A stretch of DNA of 64,000 bases, taken from the NCBI GenBank assembly GCA_963713825.1, contig CAVQNG010000025.1:640001-704000 (forward strand), written 5' to 3'. The position numbers were made by a program, and so were the translations under genes. The DNA comes from an uncultured Acidobacteriota bacterium. Its GTDB lineage: Bacteria; Acidobacteriota; Thermoanaerobaculia; Multivoradales; JAHEKO01. Positions within the stretch are counted from its first letter, which is position 1. The number at the start of each line of letters is the position of its first letter. The notes below the pieces were generated by a model. That model saw only the letters and a list, made by a program, of their open reading frames with translations, ran no database searches and was not told the DNA's origin. Below are positions 48,545 through 59,146 of the stretch, piece by piece.

Positions 48545-49390
48545 TTGACGGCTCAGGGAACCACAGTCCGGACAGTCGTCAGGGATTGCCTGTATCTCAA
48601 TTGGGCGTTTCCGGAGAGGGCCCTGCCAACTCTTCCCGAGCCGCTGAGATACGAAGTGCACGTGGATGCCGAGGACCGTCTGGTCTTTGGTTCTGCGCTT
48701 CTCTTCCGCCACGAGCATCTTCACGTGGCCGGTTTGCCCTTCCTGCGACTTTCCTACCCGCAGCTCAACTTCCGCTTCTACGTCACGGACCACGAAGACG
48801 TGCCGTCGATCTTTCTGCATCGCCTGCTGGTTCCCCACTGGGTCGTCCCCGGCTCACGATGGCTGGCAGGCCAACCGGCAGTAGGAGGGAGATTCAGTTT
48901 CCCGGCCCCCGCCGGGGAAACCGATGCCGGTACCTGGCAATGGGAAGTGCATCGGGAGGAGAGTCTCCGGCTCACGGCCCGCCAGGGCGCTCCGCACGTC
49001 GGCGCCGGCCCTTCGCTGGGCACCTGGGAGCGGATGACTTCCTACTTCCGCCAACGGCGACGAGCCTATCTCGTGGCGGGTGGTGGTTTACGGTCCGTCG
49101 AGACCAGCCAACGCTCGGTCCCGATCTGGCCTCTGAACGTCGAGATGCAGGATCGACAGCTGCTCGATCTCTGCGTGCCGCTTCCCGAGGGCACCATCTG
49201 GCCCGAGCTGCACTCGGCCTGGTTGTGCCCCGAGATACCCTTCGTATTCGAGTTGGACACAGCCGCGGCGCGAGAGGCCTTGCGGCGGGCGGCGACGACG
49301 GTGGCGACCGATCCGGCGATGCTGGAAGCGGCCAATCATCACTCGCGGCGGTGTGCGACTCGGCCCTCGCGCGGCGCGATGCTGTGCTAG
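48545..49390 (+). CDS. DUF2071/YqjF-like protein (acetoacetate decarboxylase-like fold)
   Basis: LYLNW, LPEPL, YPQLNFRFYV pattern. Confidence 0.55.
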   Translation: MTAQGTTVRTVVRDCLYLNWAFPERALPTLPEPLRYEVHVDAEDRLVFGSALLFRHEHLHVAGLPFLRLSYPQLNFRFYVTDHEDVPSIFLHRLLVPHWVVPGSRWLAGQPAVGGRFSFPAPAGETDAGTWQWEVHREESLRLTARQGAPHVGAGPSLGTWERMTSYFRQRRRAYLVAGGGLRSVETSQRSVPIWPLNVEMQDRQLLDLCVPLPEGTIWPELHSAWLCPEIPFVFELDTAAAREALRRAATTVATDPAMLEAANHHSRRCATRPSRGAMLC

Positions 49391-49400
49391 CATCCTGGCG

Positions 49401-50486
49401 GTGAATTCGACCCCAAAAGCAGGACGCAGAGAGCAGAAGATAGCCGTAATCCCGGGTGATGGCATTGGCCCGGAAGTGACGGCCGAGGCAATGAAGGTGC
49501 TGTCTGCCGTGCAGCAGAAATGGAGCCTGGATCTGACCCCGATCCAGTTTCCGTGGAGCGCGGATCACTACCTACAGACCGGCGAGACGCTACCTGTCGG
49601 CGCTTTGGACGATCTGCGTGACAATTTCGATGCGATCTACATCGGGGCCTTTGGCGATCCCAGGGTGCCCGACATGAAGCATGCTGCAGACGTGCTGCTG
49701 GGCATCCGATTCGGCCTCGATCTCTACATCAACTTCCGCCCCATCAAGCTCTATGCGGAGCACCTCAGCCCACTAAGAGGCAAGGGTGTTGCCGAGGTGG
49801 ATTTCGTGGTCTTCCGGGAGAACACGGAAGGCGCCTATGTCGGAGTCGGAGGCATCTTCAAGCAGGATACAGCCGATGAAGTGGCGGTGCAGGAGGAAAT
49901 CCACACTCGCAAAGGGGTCGAGCGAATCTTGCGGGCGGCTTTCGAGTACGCCAAGGAGCGCAGCCTGGGCAAGGTCTGCATGGCCGACAAATCGAACGTC
50001 ATGCGGTTCGGTCACGACCTCTGGCAGCGCGCTTTCTCGGCGGTCTCATCCGACTATCCTGAAATCGAGGCGTCTCATCTATTCGTCGATGCGTTGGCCA
50101 TGCAGTTGGTTCGCAAGCCCGAGCAATTCGAGGTCATCGTCACCAACAATATGTTCGGCGACATTCTCACCGACCTTGGAGCCGCCCTGCAGGGTGGGCT
50201 CGGGATGGCCGCCTCGGCCAATCTCCATCCTGGGCGAACGTCGATGTTCGAACCGGTTCATGGTTCGGCGCCCAAGTACGCTGGCCAGGGAACGGCAAAT
50301 CCGATGGCCGCAGTCTTGACTCTGGCCCTACTGTTGGACGATCTGGGACATCCGGAAGCGGCGGCAGCGGTCGAAGCGGCTGTCGGGCAGGCTCTCGAGG
50401 AGGCAGTCACTACCGCCGATCTGGGCGGTCGAAGCACAACGTCGGCAGTCGGTGATTTCCTGGCCAGAGCCACAGGCGGTCGCTGA
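49401..50486 (+). CDS. 3-isopropylmalate/tartrate dehydrogenase family
   Basis: [42 protein letters not shown]. Confidence 0.9.
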   Translation: MNSTPKAGRREQKIAVIPGDGIGPEVTAEAMKVLSAVQQKWSLDLTPIQFPWSADHYLQTGETLPVGALDDLRDNFDAIYIGAFGDPRVPDMKHAADVLLGIRFGLDLYINFRPIKLYAEHLSPLRGKGVAEVDFVVFRENTEGAYVGVGGIFKQDTADEVAVQEEIHTRKGVERILRAAFEYAKERSLGKVCMADKSNVMRFGHDLWQRAFSAVSSDYPEIEASHLFVDALAMQLVRKPEQFEVIVTNNMFGDILTDLGAALQGGLGMAASANLHPGRTSMFEPVHGSAPKYAGQGTANPMAAVLTLALLLDDLGHPEAAAAVEAAVGQALEEAVTTADLGGRSTTSAVGDFLARATGGR

Positions 50487-50502
50487 GCCCGCCTGAAATT
50501 CG

Positions 50503-51435
50503 ATGTCCGATCGCAAGACCGCGACCGGTTCGCCAACGGAGCCTCCCTGGCTGCGAGCCGTTCAGCGCTATCTAGAATCTCTCTCCTTGGAACGTGGACT
50601 CTCGGAGCGCACGGTCGAGGCATATGGCTCGGACCTGCTCCGCCTGGGTGAGTCTCTTGGCGAACAGGGAGTCGAACCTCTGCAGGCCGACCAGGAAGCC
50701 ATAGCGGCTCATCTGAGACTTCTGCGCCGACAGGAATTGTCACCGCGTTCCATTGCCAGAGCCCTGGTGTCGATTCGGGGCTTCTACCGGCACTTGGTGG
50801 AGGTCGGGGACCGAGCCGACAACCCTGCCGTCAATCTCTCGCCGCCACGACTCTGGCGTCGGTTGCCGAAGGTGCTGACGGAACCTCAAGTCGAGGCACT
50901 TCTCGGGGCGCCAGACGTCGAAAAGGTGGCGGGTCTTCGCGACAAGGCCATGCTGGAGCTGCTCTACGCCACCGGGCTGCGGGTCAGCGAGTTGGTTGGG
51001 CTGCAACTCTCCCAGCTGCGCTTGGATTTCGGCTTTATCGTGGTGCTCGGCAAGGGTGGAAAGGAGCGAGTGGTACCGGTAGGGGAGCAGGCCGAAGGCT
51101 GGTTGACCCGCTACCTCGGGGAGGCTCGCCCGCAACTTCTGTCGGGTCGACACGAGGTCGTCTTCGTGAATCAGCGGGGGATGCCGCTGAGCCGACAGGG
51201 ATTCTGGAAGATCATCAAGAACCATGGTCTGCGAGTGGGAGTTGCAGGGGTCTCTCCCCACATCTTGCGCCACAGCTTCGCTACCCATCTTCTCGAGCAC
51301 GGGGCCGATCTGCGAGCCGTGCAGATGATGTTGGGACACTCCGACATCTCGACGACCCAGATCTACACTCACATTCACGCCCAGAGGTTGCGCAGCCTCT
51401 ACGACCAATTCCATCCGAGGAGTAGCTCGACTTGA
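50503..51435 (+). CDS. xerD: Site-specific tyrosine recombinase XerD
   Basis: LYATGLRVSEL, GKGGKER, HILRHSFATHLL, LGHSDISTTQIY. Confidence 0.92.
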   Translation: MSDRKTATGSPTEPPWLRAVQRYLESLSLERGLSERTVEAYGSDLLRLGESLGEQGVEPLQADQEAIAAHLRLLRRQELSPRSIARALVSIRGFYRHLVEVGDRADNPAVNLSPPRLWRRLPKVLTEPQVEALLGAPDVEKVAGLRDKAMLELLYATGLRVSELVGLQLSQLRLDFGFIVVLGKGGKERVVPVGEQAEGWLTRYLGEARPQLLSGRHEVVFVNQRGMPLSRQGFWKIIKNHGLRVGVAGVSPHILRHSFATHLLEHGADLRAVQMMLGHSDISTTQIYTHIHAQRLRSLYDQFHPRSSST

Positions 51436-52130
51436 GCCACTGGCGAGAGTTTGGCGTTCGGGTGTCGCTGTTGGCCCTGTTTCTCGCGGCCCCGTCCAGC
51501 TCGATTGCTGAGCTCGTGGTGATGACAGATGGCCAGGTGCTCAAAGTAGAGTCGTTCGAGCGCCACGAGGACCAGATCTCGCTGGGCCTTCCAGATGGAG
51601 GTCGATTGATCCTTGCCATGGATCGGGTAGCTCGCATTCTCGAGGACGAGATCGTCGATGGCCCACCGACTCCAGAGCGCTACAGAGTAGGTGACCTGAG
51701 ACTCTGGTTCGAAGAACCTCAAGGTGTACCCGATACGCCGTTCGGTGAGCTGATCTACGAGACTTCTCGACGCTACCAGGTGAATCCCGCTGTCGTCGCT
51801 GCCATGGTCCGGGCGGAGTCGGCCTTCGACCCCTGGGCGGTGTCGCCCAAAGGTGCGATGGGTCTACTACAGTTGATGCCTGCTACCGCCAAGCGATTCG
51901 GGCTCAGTGATCGTCAGTTCTTCGAGCCAGCCGAGAATCTGGATGCTGGGGTGCGCTACATCAAGTGGCTCGGCGAGAGATTCGGCGGCGATCTGACTCT
52001 GGTCCTGGCCGGTTACAACGCGGGCGAGGCCATGGTCCAGCGACACGAAGGAGTGCCACCGTTCCGCGAGACCGACAACTACATTCAGAGGGTGTTGGAG
52101 TTTGCCGATCGCGCCGCTGAGGGGCGATAG
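51432..52130 (+). CDS. Lytic transglycosylase (SLT domain)
   Basis: AES, SPKGAMGLLQLMP, AGYNAG, ETDNY. Confidence 0.9.
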   Translation: MSHWREFGVRVSLLALFLAAPSSSIAELVVMTDGQVLKVESFERHEDQISLGLPDGGRLILAMDRVARILEDEIVDGPPTPERYRVGDLRLWFEEPQGVPDTPFGELIYETSRRYQVNPAVVAAMVRAESAFDPWAVSPKGAMGLLQLMPATAKRFGLSDRQFFEPAENLDAGVRYIKWLGERFGGDLTLVLAGYNAGEAMVQRHEGVPPFRETDNYIQRVLEFADRAAEGR

Positions 52131-54085
52131 TGCATGGCTACGAGGGTCTGGTCGTCCGAGGCGGGGAGACCCTGCGTGTGGTCTGCGATTGCCGTCAGAA
52201 GCCGTTCGCGAATCTGCTCCGCGCTGGCGGCCGGCCCTTGTAGTGCTTCTCTGAGCCGATCGTAGCCGAACGGTTCTCCTGTCGGATCGAGGGCCTCGAT
52301 CAGACCGTCAGAAAGCCAGACGACAACGTCGTCGGCCTCCAGGTTGATCTGCTTCTGGCCGAAGGACTCGCCGAGCGCTCCGAGGGGATTGCCGGTCAGT
52401 AGAATTTCCTCCACTTCGCCGTCACGAACGAGGTAGGTGGGCGGGTGGCCGGCATTCGTCAACTCCATCTCGCCGCGCGAAAGATCGATGAAGGCGATGG
52501 CTGCCGTGACGAAGAACCGCCGCTCATTCTCAGAGCTGACCATCGAGCTCAGTCGCCGGAGAATCTCCTCGGCCGGCTTTCCTTCCTCCACCAGGATGAC
52601 GAGTGCGGCCTTCAACATGGCCATGCGCAGCCCGGTCGGCAAGCCGTGACCGGAGACGTCGGCGATGACCACCACCAGACGCTCGGCGTCGAGGCGCAGG
52701 ATGTCGAAGTAGTCGCCGCCAATAGCCGCACTCGGCTCGAAGAGGGTCGAGAATTCTGCAGCTTCGGAGCTCGGGATGTTTGCCGGAATGAGGCTCTGCT
52801 GGAGGTCGCGGGCGATTTGTAGCTCCTTTTCGATAATCTCCTTCTGGGCAATTGCGGTGACGGAATCCTCGAGGTTGGCGGTCATCTCGTTGAAGGAGCG
52901 CTGCAGCTCGCCGATCTGGTCTCGCCGCTTGACGGGAATTCGAGTGGAGAAGTCTCCTGCCCGCACGGAATCGGTGGCTCGACTCAGTCGATTGACCGCC
53001 CGGCTGAGCGCGAAGATCAAAAAGAAGGCCATGAGGAAGGCCAGGCCATAGATGGTTGCCAGGAGGCCCGTCGCCGAGATGAGGCTGGCCCAGATCGCAG
53101 TATTGACCTCTGCCGAGCCTGAGAAGAGACGGCGGAAGACTGTCGAGGGTCTGCCTCGGAGCGTGGCGACAACATAGTCGGTCAGCACCGCTCCGTCCTC
53201 CAGGCTGCGGAGTGGACCTGCCAGCTCACCCCAGAGAAGGATGGGACGTTGCCACCAGGGTTGTTCCTGGCCCGCAGTGGGCTCGGGCTCGACCTCGGTC
53301 TGGGTTTCGCCCCTGCCGCCTTTGAAGGGCGCCAAGGCATACTCCCGACTACCGAGGCTGAGTTGGATCGTGCCCTCTTTGTCCGGATCATCGGCGCGCA
53401 TCAGGGTGACATCGAGTCCGTTGTGGCGCTCCAGCTCCTCGGCGATCGGCGCGACGAACGCTGCCAGGACACCCCTGTTCTCGCTAGAAGCCCTGCCAAT
53501 GAGGGTGGGAGTTTCGTCGGCAAGCGCCACGAATGACTGAATTGGCTCGCCTCGATCCGGCTCGGGCTCCTGGATCGTCTGATCGTCCAGCCATCCGGGC
53601 CAGCGAGAAGGCAACAGCTTCGAGCCGGCGACTCGCCGCCCCTTGCGGTAGTAGGCGAAGTCGATCCGATCGGAGCGGTCCAGCTCGGCATTCTGGCCGC
53701 TGGTGAACTCGACCAGAGCGGTCTCGGCCGCATGCTGCACCTCGAGCTGGAGCGAGCTGGTGGAATCACGATAGAGGTGGCCCAGGAAATAGCCACTCAA
53801 GAGAAAGCCATTGAGGATCAGCAGTAGCGCCAGGAGTGGGATGGGGAAGATGCCGATCAGGAAGTAGGAGAATGCCAATCTGCGGCCGACACTCCACAGG
53901 AACTTTTGGAGACCCTTCCATAGCAGCAAGAGAAGGGCCATGAGCGCCAGGCCGAGCAGTAGTCCCTTGGCCAGGAAGGACATGAGGGAGGACTCGGCCG
54001 CGAAGGCCACAACGGCCAGCAGAGCGATGGCCAGGGCCACCATCATCAGCAATGCAGAGCGGAGAAAGCCTGAAGTTCTGGACAT
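52085..54085 (-). CDS. Membrane HAMP + SpoIIE/PP2C (RsbU-like) phosphatase
   Basis: TMs, HAMP (RDQIGELQRSFNEM), GGDYFD, ADVSGHG, SDGL, DDQT. Confidence 0.88.
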   Translation of the reverse strand: MSRTSGFLRSALLMMVALAIALLAVVAFAAESSLMSFLAKGLLLGLALMALLLLLWKGLQKFLWSVGRRLAFSYFLIGIFPIPLLALLLILNGFLLSGYFLGHLYRDSTSSLQLEVQHAAETALVEFTSGQNAELDRSDRIDFAYYRKGRRVAGSKLLPSRWPGWLDDQTIQEPEPDRGEPIQSFVALADETPTLIGRASSENRGVLAAFVAPIAEELERHNGLDVTLMRADDPDKEGTIQLSLGSREYALAPFKGGRGETQTEVEPEPTAGQEQPWWQRPILLWGELAGPLRSLEDGAVLTDYVVATLRGRPSTVFRRLFSGSAEVNTAIWASLISATGLLATIYGLAFLMAFFLIFALSRAVNRLSRATDSVRAGDFSTRIPVKRRDQIGELQRSFNEMTANLEDSVTAIAQKEIIEKELQIARDLQQSLIPANIPSSEAAEFSTLFEPSAAIGGDYFDILRLDAERLVVVIADVSGHGLPTGLRMAMLKAALVILVEEGKPAEEILRRLSSMVSSENERRFFVTAAIAFIDLSRGEMELTNAGHPPTYLVRDGEVEEILLTGNPLGALGESFGQKQINLEADDVVVWLSDGLIEALDPTGEPFGYDRLREALQGPAASAEQIRERLLTAIADHTQGLPASDDQTLVAMHYRPSAARSANSNTL

Positions 54086-54426
54086 GGAAGGTTCGCCCCA
54101 AGTGTGGGCGCCATCTCTCGATCACCTTGCACTACGAAGATCGGAGGAGAAGGGTTCGCTGAAAGGCTCGGATCCCATCCCTGGGGGCCTACCCAGCCCG
54201 ACCGAACGACCAGCAACCTCGAAGCGCCAAATCCATCATAGCTTGAAACAAGAATCTGCAGCCGGTCGTTCTGCTTTCTGGTAGACTCGTCGGCGCCGGA
54301 GGGATGAAACCAATGTGTCGTTCCAGCCCTTCCTCCGGAGTCGAATGGTTCCCATTGACGTAGATGAGCGAGGCCTAGCCAGCTCTAGGTTCTCCCCTTA
54401 TCCCAAAACACTTTGGTGAAGGATCG

Positions 54427-56298
54427 ATGACTACTCGAACTACTGACGAGACGACCGTGCCGGAGCGCCAGGTTGAGCACGAGAAGATGGGCGAAGTGGT
54501 GGTTCGCTTTGCCGGCGACTCCGGCGACGGAATGCAGCTCACTGGCAACCAGTTCACCAGCACATCGGCCCTCATGGGCAATGATCTAGCCACCTTTCCG
54601 GACTTCCCGGCCGAGATCAGGGCGCCAGCTGGCTCGATCGCAGGCGTATCGGCGTTCCAGGTTCGCATTGCCGACTACGACATCCATACTCCAGGCGACG
54701 CCCCCGACGCGCTCGTGGCGATGAATCCAGCAGCGCTCATCAAGTCGCTACCGGATCTTCGTCCCAACGGCATCATCATTGCGAACTCCGACGAGTTCGA
54801 TGAGCGCAATCTGAAGAAGGCGGGCTACCAGGGTAACCCTCTCGAAGATGGGAGCCTGGACGGATATCGCCTCTACACAGCTGCGGTCACGACCATGACC
54901 CGACGGGCGTTGGAGGATACCGGGCTGGATGTGAAGACTCAGGACCGGTGCAAGAACTTCTTCGCCCTGGGAATGATCTACTGGCTCTACAGCCGCCCGG
55001 TCGAGACCTCTGTCGCTTGGTTGAAGCAGAAGTTCAAACGACGGCCGGAAATCGCCGCTGCCAATGAGCTGGCCCTCAAGGCCGGTTACAACTTCTGCGA
55101 TATTACCGAGGTCTTCCAGGTGCGCTATGAGGTGGAGCCGGCTCAACTCGAGCCAGGGATCTACCGCAATATCATTGGCAACAGTGCCCTGGCAGTAGGG
55201 CTGGTGACGGCCAGCCGGCGCAGTGGTTTGCCGCTCTACCTGGGCAGCTATCCGATCACCCCGGCGAGCGACATCTTGCACGAGCTGGCTCGTTTCAAGA
55301 ACTACGGAGTCACGACATTTCAGGCGGAGGACGAGATTGCGGCCGTCTGCGCTTCCATCGGGGCCTCCTTCGGCGGGGCGTTGGCCGTGACGACTACGAG
55401 CGGCCCCGGCCTTGCTCTCAAGTCGGAGGCGATCAATCTGGCGATCATGGTGGAGTTGCCCCTCGTCGTCTGCAACATCCAGCGTGGTGGTCCGTCCACA
55501 GGTCTGCCCACGAAGACGGAGCAATCGGATCTCTTGCAGGCCATGTTCGGTCGCAACGGCGACTCTCCGGTGCCTGTTCTCGCAGCCAATTCGCCAGCCG
55601 ATTGCTTCGAAACGGCCATCGAAGCGTGCCGCATCGCCGTCAAATACATGGTGCCGGTCATTCTTCTCTCCGATGGCTACATCGCGAACGGTTCCGAGCC
55701 CTGGAGACTCCCCGACCTCGAGTCGCTGCCCGACCTCAGAACCGAGTTCTGGTCGAAGGCGGAAGGGTTCCAACCCTACTCCCGAGACGAGGCCACTCTG
55801 GCCAGGCCCTGGGCCGTGCCAGGTACCCCAGGACTCGAGCATCGCCTCGGGGGACTGGAGAAGGAAGACCTGACTGGCAATGTTTCCTACAGCGCCACGA
55901 ATCACCAGAAGATGACCAAGTACCGGGCTGACAAGGTGAAACGCATCGCACAAGAGATCCCGCCGCTGGAGATCAATGGGGACCCGGATGGTGATTTGCT
56001 TGTCGTGGGATGGGGGAGCACGCTGGGCGCCGTCGCAGGTGCTGTGCGGCAGGCACGGCGCGAAGGCCTGAATGTAAGTCAGATTCACCTGAAGTACATC
56101 AATCCTTTTCCTAACGATCTGGGCGATGTCATGGGCCGCTTCGAGCGGATCCTGGTACCGGAAATGAACTCCGGCCAACTGGCGCTCCTGCTGCGGGCGG
56201 AGTACCTCCGAGAGGTCGTCAGCCAAAGCAAAGTCAAAGGCAAGCCGTTCTTTCGTTACGAGATCTACGACAAGATCAAAGAGATCCTGGAGGCCTGA
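54427..56298 (+). CDS. korA: 2-oxoacid:ferredoxin oxidoreductase alpha subunit (fused gamma)
   Basis: AGDSGDGMQL, YPITPAS, QAEDE, TSGPG, QRGGPSTG. Confidence 0.92.
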   Translation: MTTRTTDETTVPERQVEHEKMGEVVVRFAGDSGDGMQLTGNQFTSTSALMGNDLATFPDFPAEIRAPAGSIAGVSAFQVRIADYDIHTPGDAPDALVAMNPAALIKSLPDLRPNGIIIANSDEFDERNLKKAGYQGNPLEDGSLDGYRLYTAAVTTMTRRALEDTGLDVKTQDRCKNFFALGMIYWLYSRPVETSVAWLKQKFKRRPEIAAANELALKAGYNFCDITEVFQVRYEVEPAQLEPGIYRNIIGNSALAVGLVTASRRSGLPLYLGSYPITPASDILHELARFKNYGVTTFQAEDEIAAVCASIGASFGGALAVTTTSGPGLALKSEAINLAIMVELPLVVCNIQRGGPSTGLPTKTEQSDLLQAMFGRNGDSPVPVLAANSPADCFETAIEACRIAVKYMVPVILLSDGYIANGSEPWRLPDLESLPDLRTEFWSKAEGFQPYSRDEATLARPWAVPGTPGLEHRLGGLEKEDLTGNVSYSATNHQKMTKYRADKVKRIAQEIPPLEINGDPDGDLLVVGWGSTLGAVAGAVRQARREGLNVSQIHLKYINPFPNDLGDVMGRFERILVPEMNSGQLALLLRAEYLREVVSQSKVKGKPFFRYEIYDKIKEILEA

Positions 56299-56302
56299 AG
56301 CG

Positions 56303-57355
56303 ATGTCCGTTGAATTACCTGTACTGAAGAAGAAGGACTTTCAGACCGATCAGGAGGTTCGCTGGTGCCCGGGTTGTGGCGACTACGCCATTCTGTCGGC
56401 GGTGCAGTCGTTTTTCCCGACCCTGGGAATTCCCAAAGAGAACTTCGTCGTCGTTTCCGGCATCGGTTGCTCGAGCCGTTTTCCGTACTACATGGATACT
56501 TTTGGTTTCCACTCCATTCACGGCAGGGCGCCCGGTATCGCCACCGGGATCAAGATGGCCAGGCCGGAGCTGGAGGTCTGGGTTGCAACCGGGGATGGTG
56601 ACGCCATGTCGATCGGCGGCAACCACCTGATCCACCTCCTGCGCCGCAATGTCGGCGTCAAGATCGTCATGTTCAACAACCAGATCTATGGTCTCACCAA
56701 GGGGCAGTACTCGCCGACCAGTGAGGTCGGAAAGCGGACCAAGTCCACCCCCTTCGGCTCTATCGACAGGCCTTTCAACCCGCTCTCGCTGGCGCTCGGC
56801 GCTGGCGCCACATTCGTCGCCAGAACCGTCGACATCTTCCAGCGGCATCTGAAGGAGACGCTGCGGCAGGCCGTCGAGCACGAGGGCTCTGCCTTCATCG
56901 AGGTGTATCAGAACTGCAACATCTTCAACGATGGGGCCTTCAAGTACATGACGGACAAAGAGTCGAGAGAAAGTCACTCGATTGCGCTCGAGCACGGACA
57001 ACCCCTGGTGTTTGGCAAGGAAAAGAACCTTGGAATCCGCATGAACTGCACCCAGCCGGAGGTCGTGGAGTTGGGCAACGGCTTGGGACCGGACGACTGC
57101 CTCGTGTGGGATGCTCACGACCCCAATCCGGCGCTGGCGTTTCTGATAGCCCAGCTGTCGCCACCGGAGTTCCCGACCCCGATCGGGGTTTTTCGCTCTG
57201 TCTCGCGACCAGCGTACGAGTTGGCATCCGTCGCTCAGATCGAGGAGCTGACCGAGGCCCGGGGAGAGGGCACGCTCCGCGACCTGATCTACTCGGGCGA
57301 GCTGTGGACCGTTCGTCAGGATGGAACCGTGGCCAGCGGTGTGGAAAAGGTCTGA
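56303..57355 (+). CDS. korB: 2-oxoacid:ferredoxin oxidoreductase beta subunit
   Basis: WCPGCG, SGIGCS, HGR, GDGD TPP motif, YGLTKGQ. Confidence 0.92.
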   Translation: MSVELPVLKKKDFQTDQEVRWCPGCGDYAILSAVQSFFPTLGIPKENFVVVSGIGCSSRFPYYMDTFGFHSIHGRAPGIATGIKMARPELEVWVATGDGDAMSIGGNHLIHLLRRNVGVKIVMFNNQIYGLTKGQYSPTSEVGKRTKSTPFGSIDRPFNPLSLALGAGATFVARTVDIFQRHLKETLRQAVEHEGSAFIEVYQNCNIFNDGAFKYMTDKESRESHSIALEHGQPLVFGKEKNLGIRMNCTQPEVVELGNGLGPDDCLVWDAHDPNPALAFLIAQLSPPEFPTPIGVFRSVSRPAYELASVAQIEELTEARGEGTLRDLIYSGELWTVRQDGTVASGVEKV

Positions 57356-57375
57356 GCCTGTAGAAGACTGGGACT

Positions 57376-57744
57376 TCAGAGATCGATCAAGAAGGTGTCG
57401 GCCTCTACGACCTCCGGGTCCAGAGAGAATTCGTAGAGCGCCAGCCCCCCGAACAGCGCTCGCACGTTAGGGAACCCTTCCGCTTGCAGCTCGCCCGCAA
57501 GCAGAACCGACTTCGATCCGTCGTCGTCGATCAATACCACCTGTTGGTCGACCAGTGGCCTCCAGTCCGGTCCTGACATGGGCACGGCGCCACGTAGAGT
57601 CTTGCTCTCAGGCGACTGCCGCACATCGATGAGCAGTGGGGCCTTGCCTTCACGGAGTCTGCGAAAGAGGGTGAAGGGCGAAACCTCGAGCCGCGGATCG
57701 AAGGACACGATCGGCTTGTTGTCACTTCGGAAGCTTGTCGGCAC
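57376..57744 (-). CDS. Rhodanese-like domain protein (no catalytic Cys)
   Basis: LLIDVR, LRGAV, VVLIDDDG, LFGG. Confidence 0.7.
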   Translation of the reverse strand: MPTSFRSDNKPIVSFDPRLEVSPFTLFRRLREGKAPLLIDVRQSPESKTLRGAVPMSGPDWRPLVDQQVVLIDDDGSKSVLLAGELQAEGFPNVRALFGGLALYEFSLDPEVVEADTFLIDL

Positions 57745-57800
57745 GGGAAACTCCTGACCAGGTCATGCTGCCTGAATCGGCAACCACATCGGGCTGATTC

Positions 57801-59030
57801 TCACTCGTCCCCGAGATTGGCCCACACCAGACCGGAAACGATCTTGGGTAGGAATCGGGTCGACTTCGGTGGTAGCAGGGCATGTTCGGCTGTCGCCAAA
57901 GAGAAGTCCTGGGGAGACATGGGCGGCAGTAGAAATCCAGCTGCGAGCGCGCCATCGCGGATCGCAGCTACGAGCTGCTCTCCACTGGAGCGATAGACGA
58001 TCCTGCCGTCGAGCGCTGCCTCTGCCTCGAGTCCGAGCCGCGGTAGAACAGCGTCGTGCAGCCAGCCGACAGCCAAATGGCGGGCGGAGGGGAGCATGCC
58101 AGCCGGCGCGCTCTCCTGGTCAAAGGACCAGATCTCGGGTGGGCGGCCCGCTGCCAGGGCTATCAGGGCAGGTTGTGGCTCTGCTGCGATAGCGGCTGCG
58201 AGGCCGACCCCTGAAGTCGCGTCGCAGGGTCGCCGACCACTGGCCAGGTCTGCGGCCGAGCTTAGATCGACCGCTGTCGGGAGCCCGCGATGGATCGGAT
58301 CGATGGCCAGGCCGCGGGCGGTCAGGCTGGTGATCACGGCTAGCTTTCTCGCTTCGCCGGAGCCGATCTTCAAGCCCCTCTCGGTGGCATGCTGGAGGGC
58401 GACCTCGTATCGGTGATGGCCGTCGGCGATGAGGCCTGGACAGCTGCTCAGAAGACTTCGGTACCTGTCGATGCGAGCCGCGTCGTCGAGGTGGTAGAGC
58501 CGGTGTCGGTTGCCGAACGAGTCGTGGTGCTCGACCAGGAAGGCGTCCTCCCGGGCATCCTCGATCAACAGGGAGTCCAGGCCGCCGTCGTCGTCGCTGA
58601 GGAGCAGAATGGGCTCCAGGTCGGCGTTTGTGGTGCGCAATAGCTCCAGCCGCTCGTCGACGGTCTTCTGGACCGTCTTCTCGTGCGGTCGAATGACCCC
58701 GCCGGTTGGGGCCTCGAGGCCGACGAGAGCCGTCAGGCCGAGTCGACGACCGCCGCCCGGCAGAAGTACTTCGTAAGGGTAGATTGCCTGAGCATGATCC
58801 TGTTGCAGCGTGCCGTCTCGCAGCCATTGTTCGTGAGTGTGGTGAGCGCTTGCATGCGGGCCACCGTGGCTCGACGCTATGGGTCGAGTCAGCCAGGCGA
58901 AATGGCGTGGGTTCTCTCGCAGTCGAGCAGCGAAGGCGTCGTCGATCTGATCGTACGGCGGTGCCGCCAGGCTGCCGCGGTCAGCGAGCCCATCGGCATA
59001 CCGGACTCCCTTGAAAGCGAAAAGACGCAT
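57801..59030 (-). CDS. DUF1015 family protein
   Basis: APPYD, IRPHEKT, IADGHHRY, PIHR, PPKSTRFLPK. Confidence 0.85.
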   Translation of the reverse strand: MRLFAFKGVRYADGLADRGSLAAPPYDQIDDAFAARLRENPRHFAWLTRPIASSHGGPHASAHHTHEQWLRDGTLQQDHAQAIYPYEVLLPGGGRRLGLTALVGLEAPTGGVIRPHEKTVQKTVDERLELLRTTNADLEPILLLSDDDGGLDSLLIEDAREDAFLVEHHDSFGNRHRLYHLDDAARIDRYRSLLSSCPGLIADGHHRYEVALQHATERGLKIGSGEARKLAVITSLTARGLAIDPIHRGLPTAVDLSSAADLASGRRPCDATSGVGLAAAIAAEPQPALIALAAGRPPEIWSFDQESAPAGMLPSARHLAVGWLHDAVLPRLGLEAEAALDGRIVYRSSGEQLVAAIRDGALAAGFLLPPMSPQDFSLATAEHALLPPKSTRFLPKIVSGLVWANLGDE

Positions 59031-59146
59031 GGTGAGTGGAGCGGCTATTCTACTCGCAGCCGCTTCGCCTGGCGATCGCTAGTATCGATCGACTCGGGAT
59101 CTCGCTGTCCGGTCGGAGTTCGTCCCCGCATATACTGCTACTTCCA

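Noticed and set aside
50503-51435. Phage or island integrase
   Set aside because: Typical chromosomal XerD in a housekeeping context; no att repeats, tRNA, phage genes or visible composition shift.
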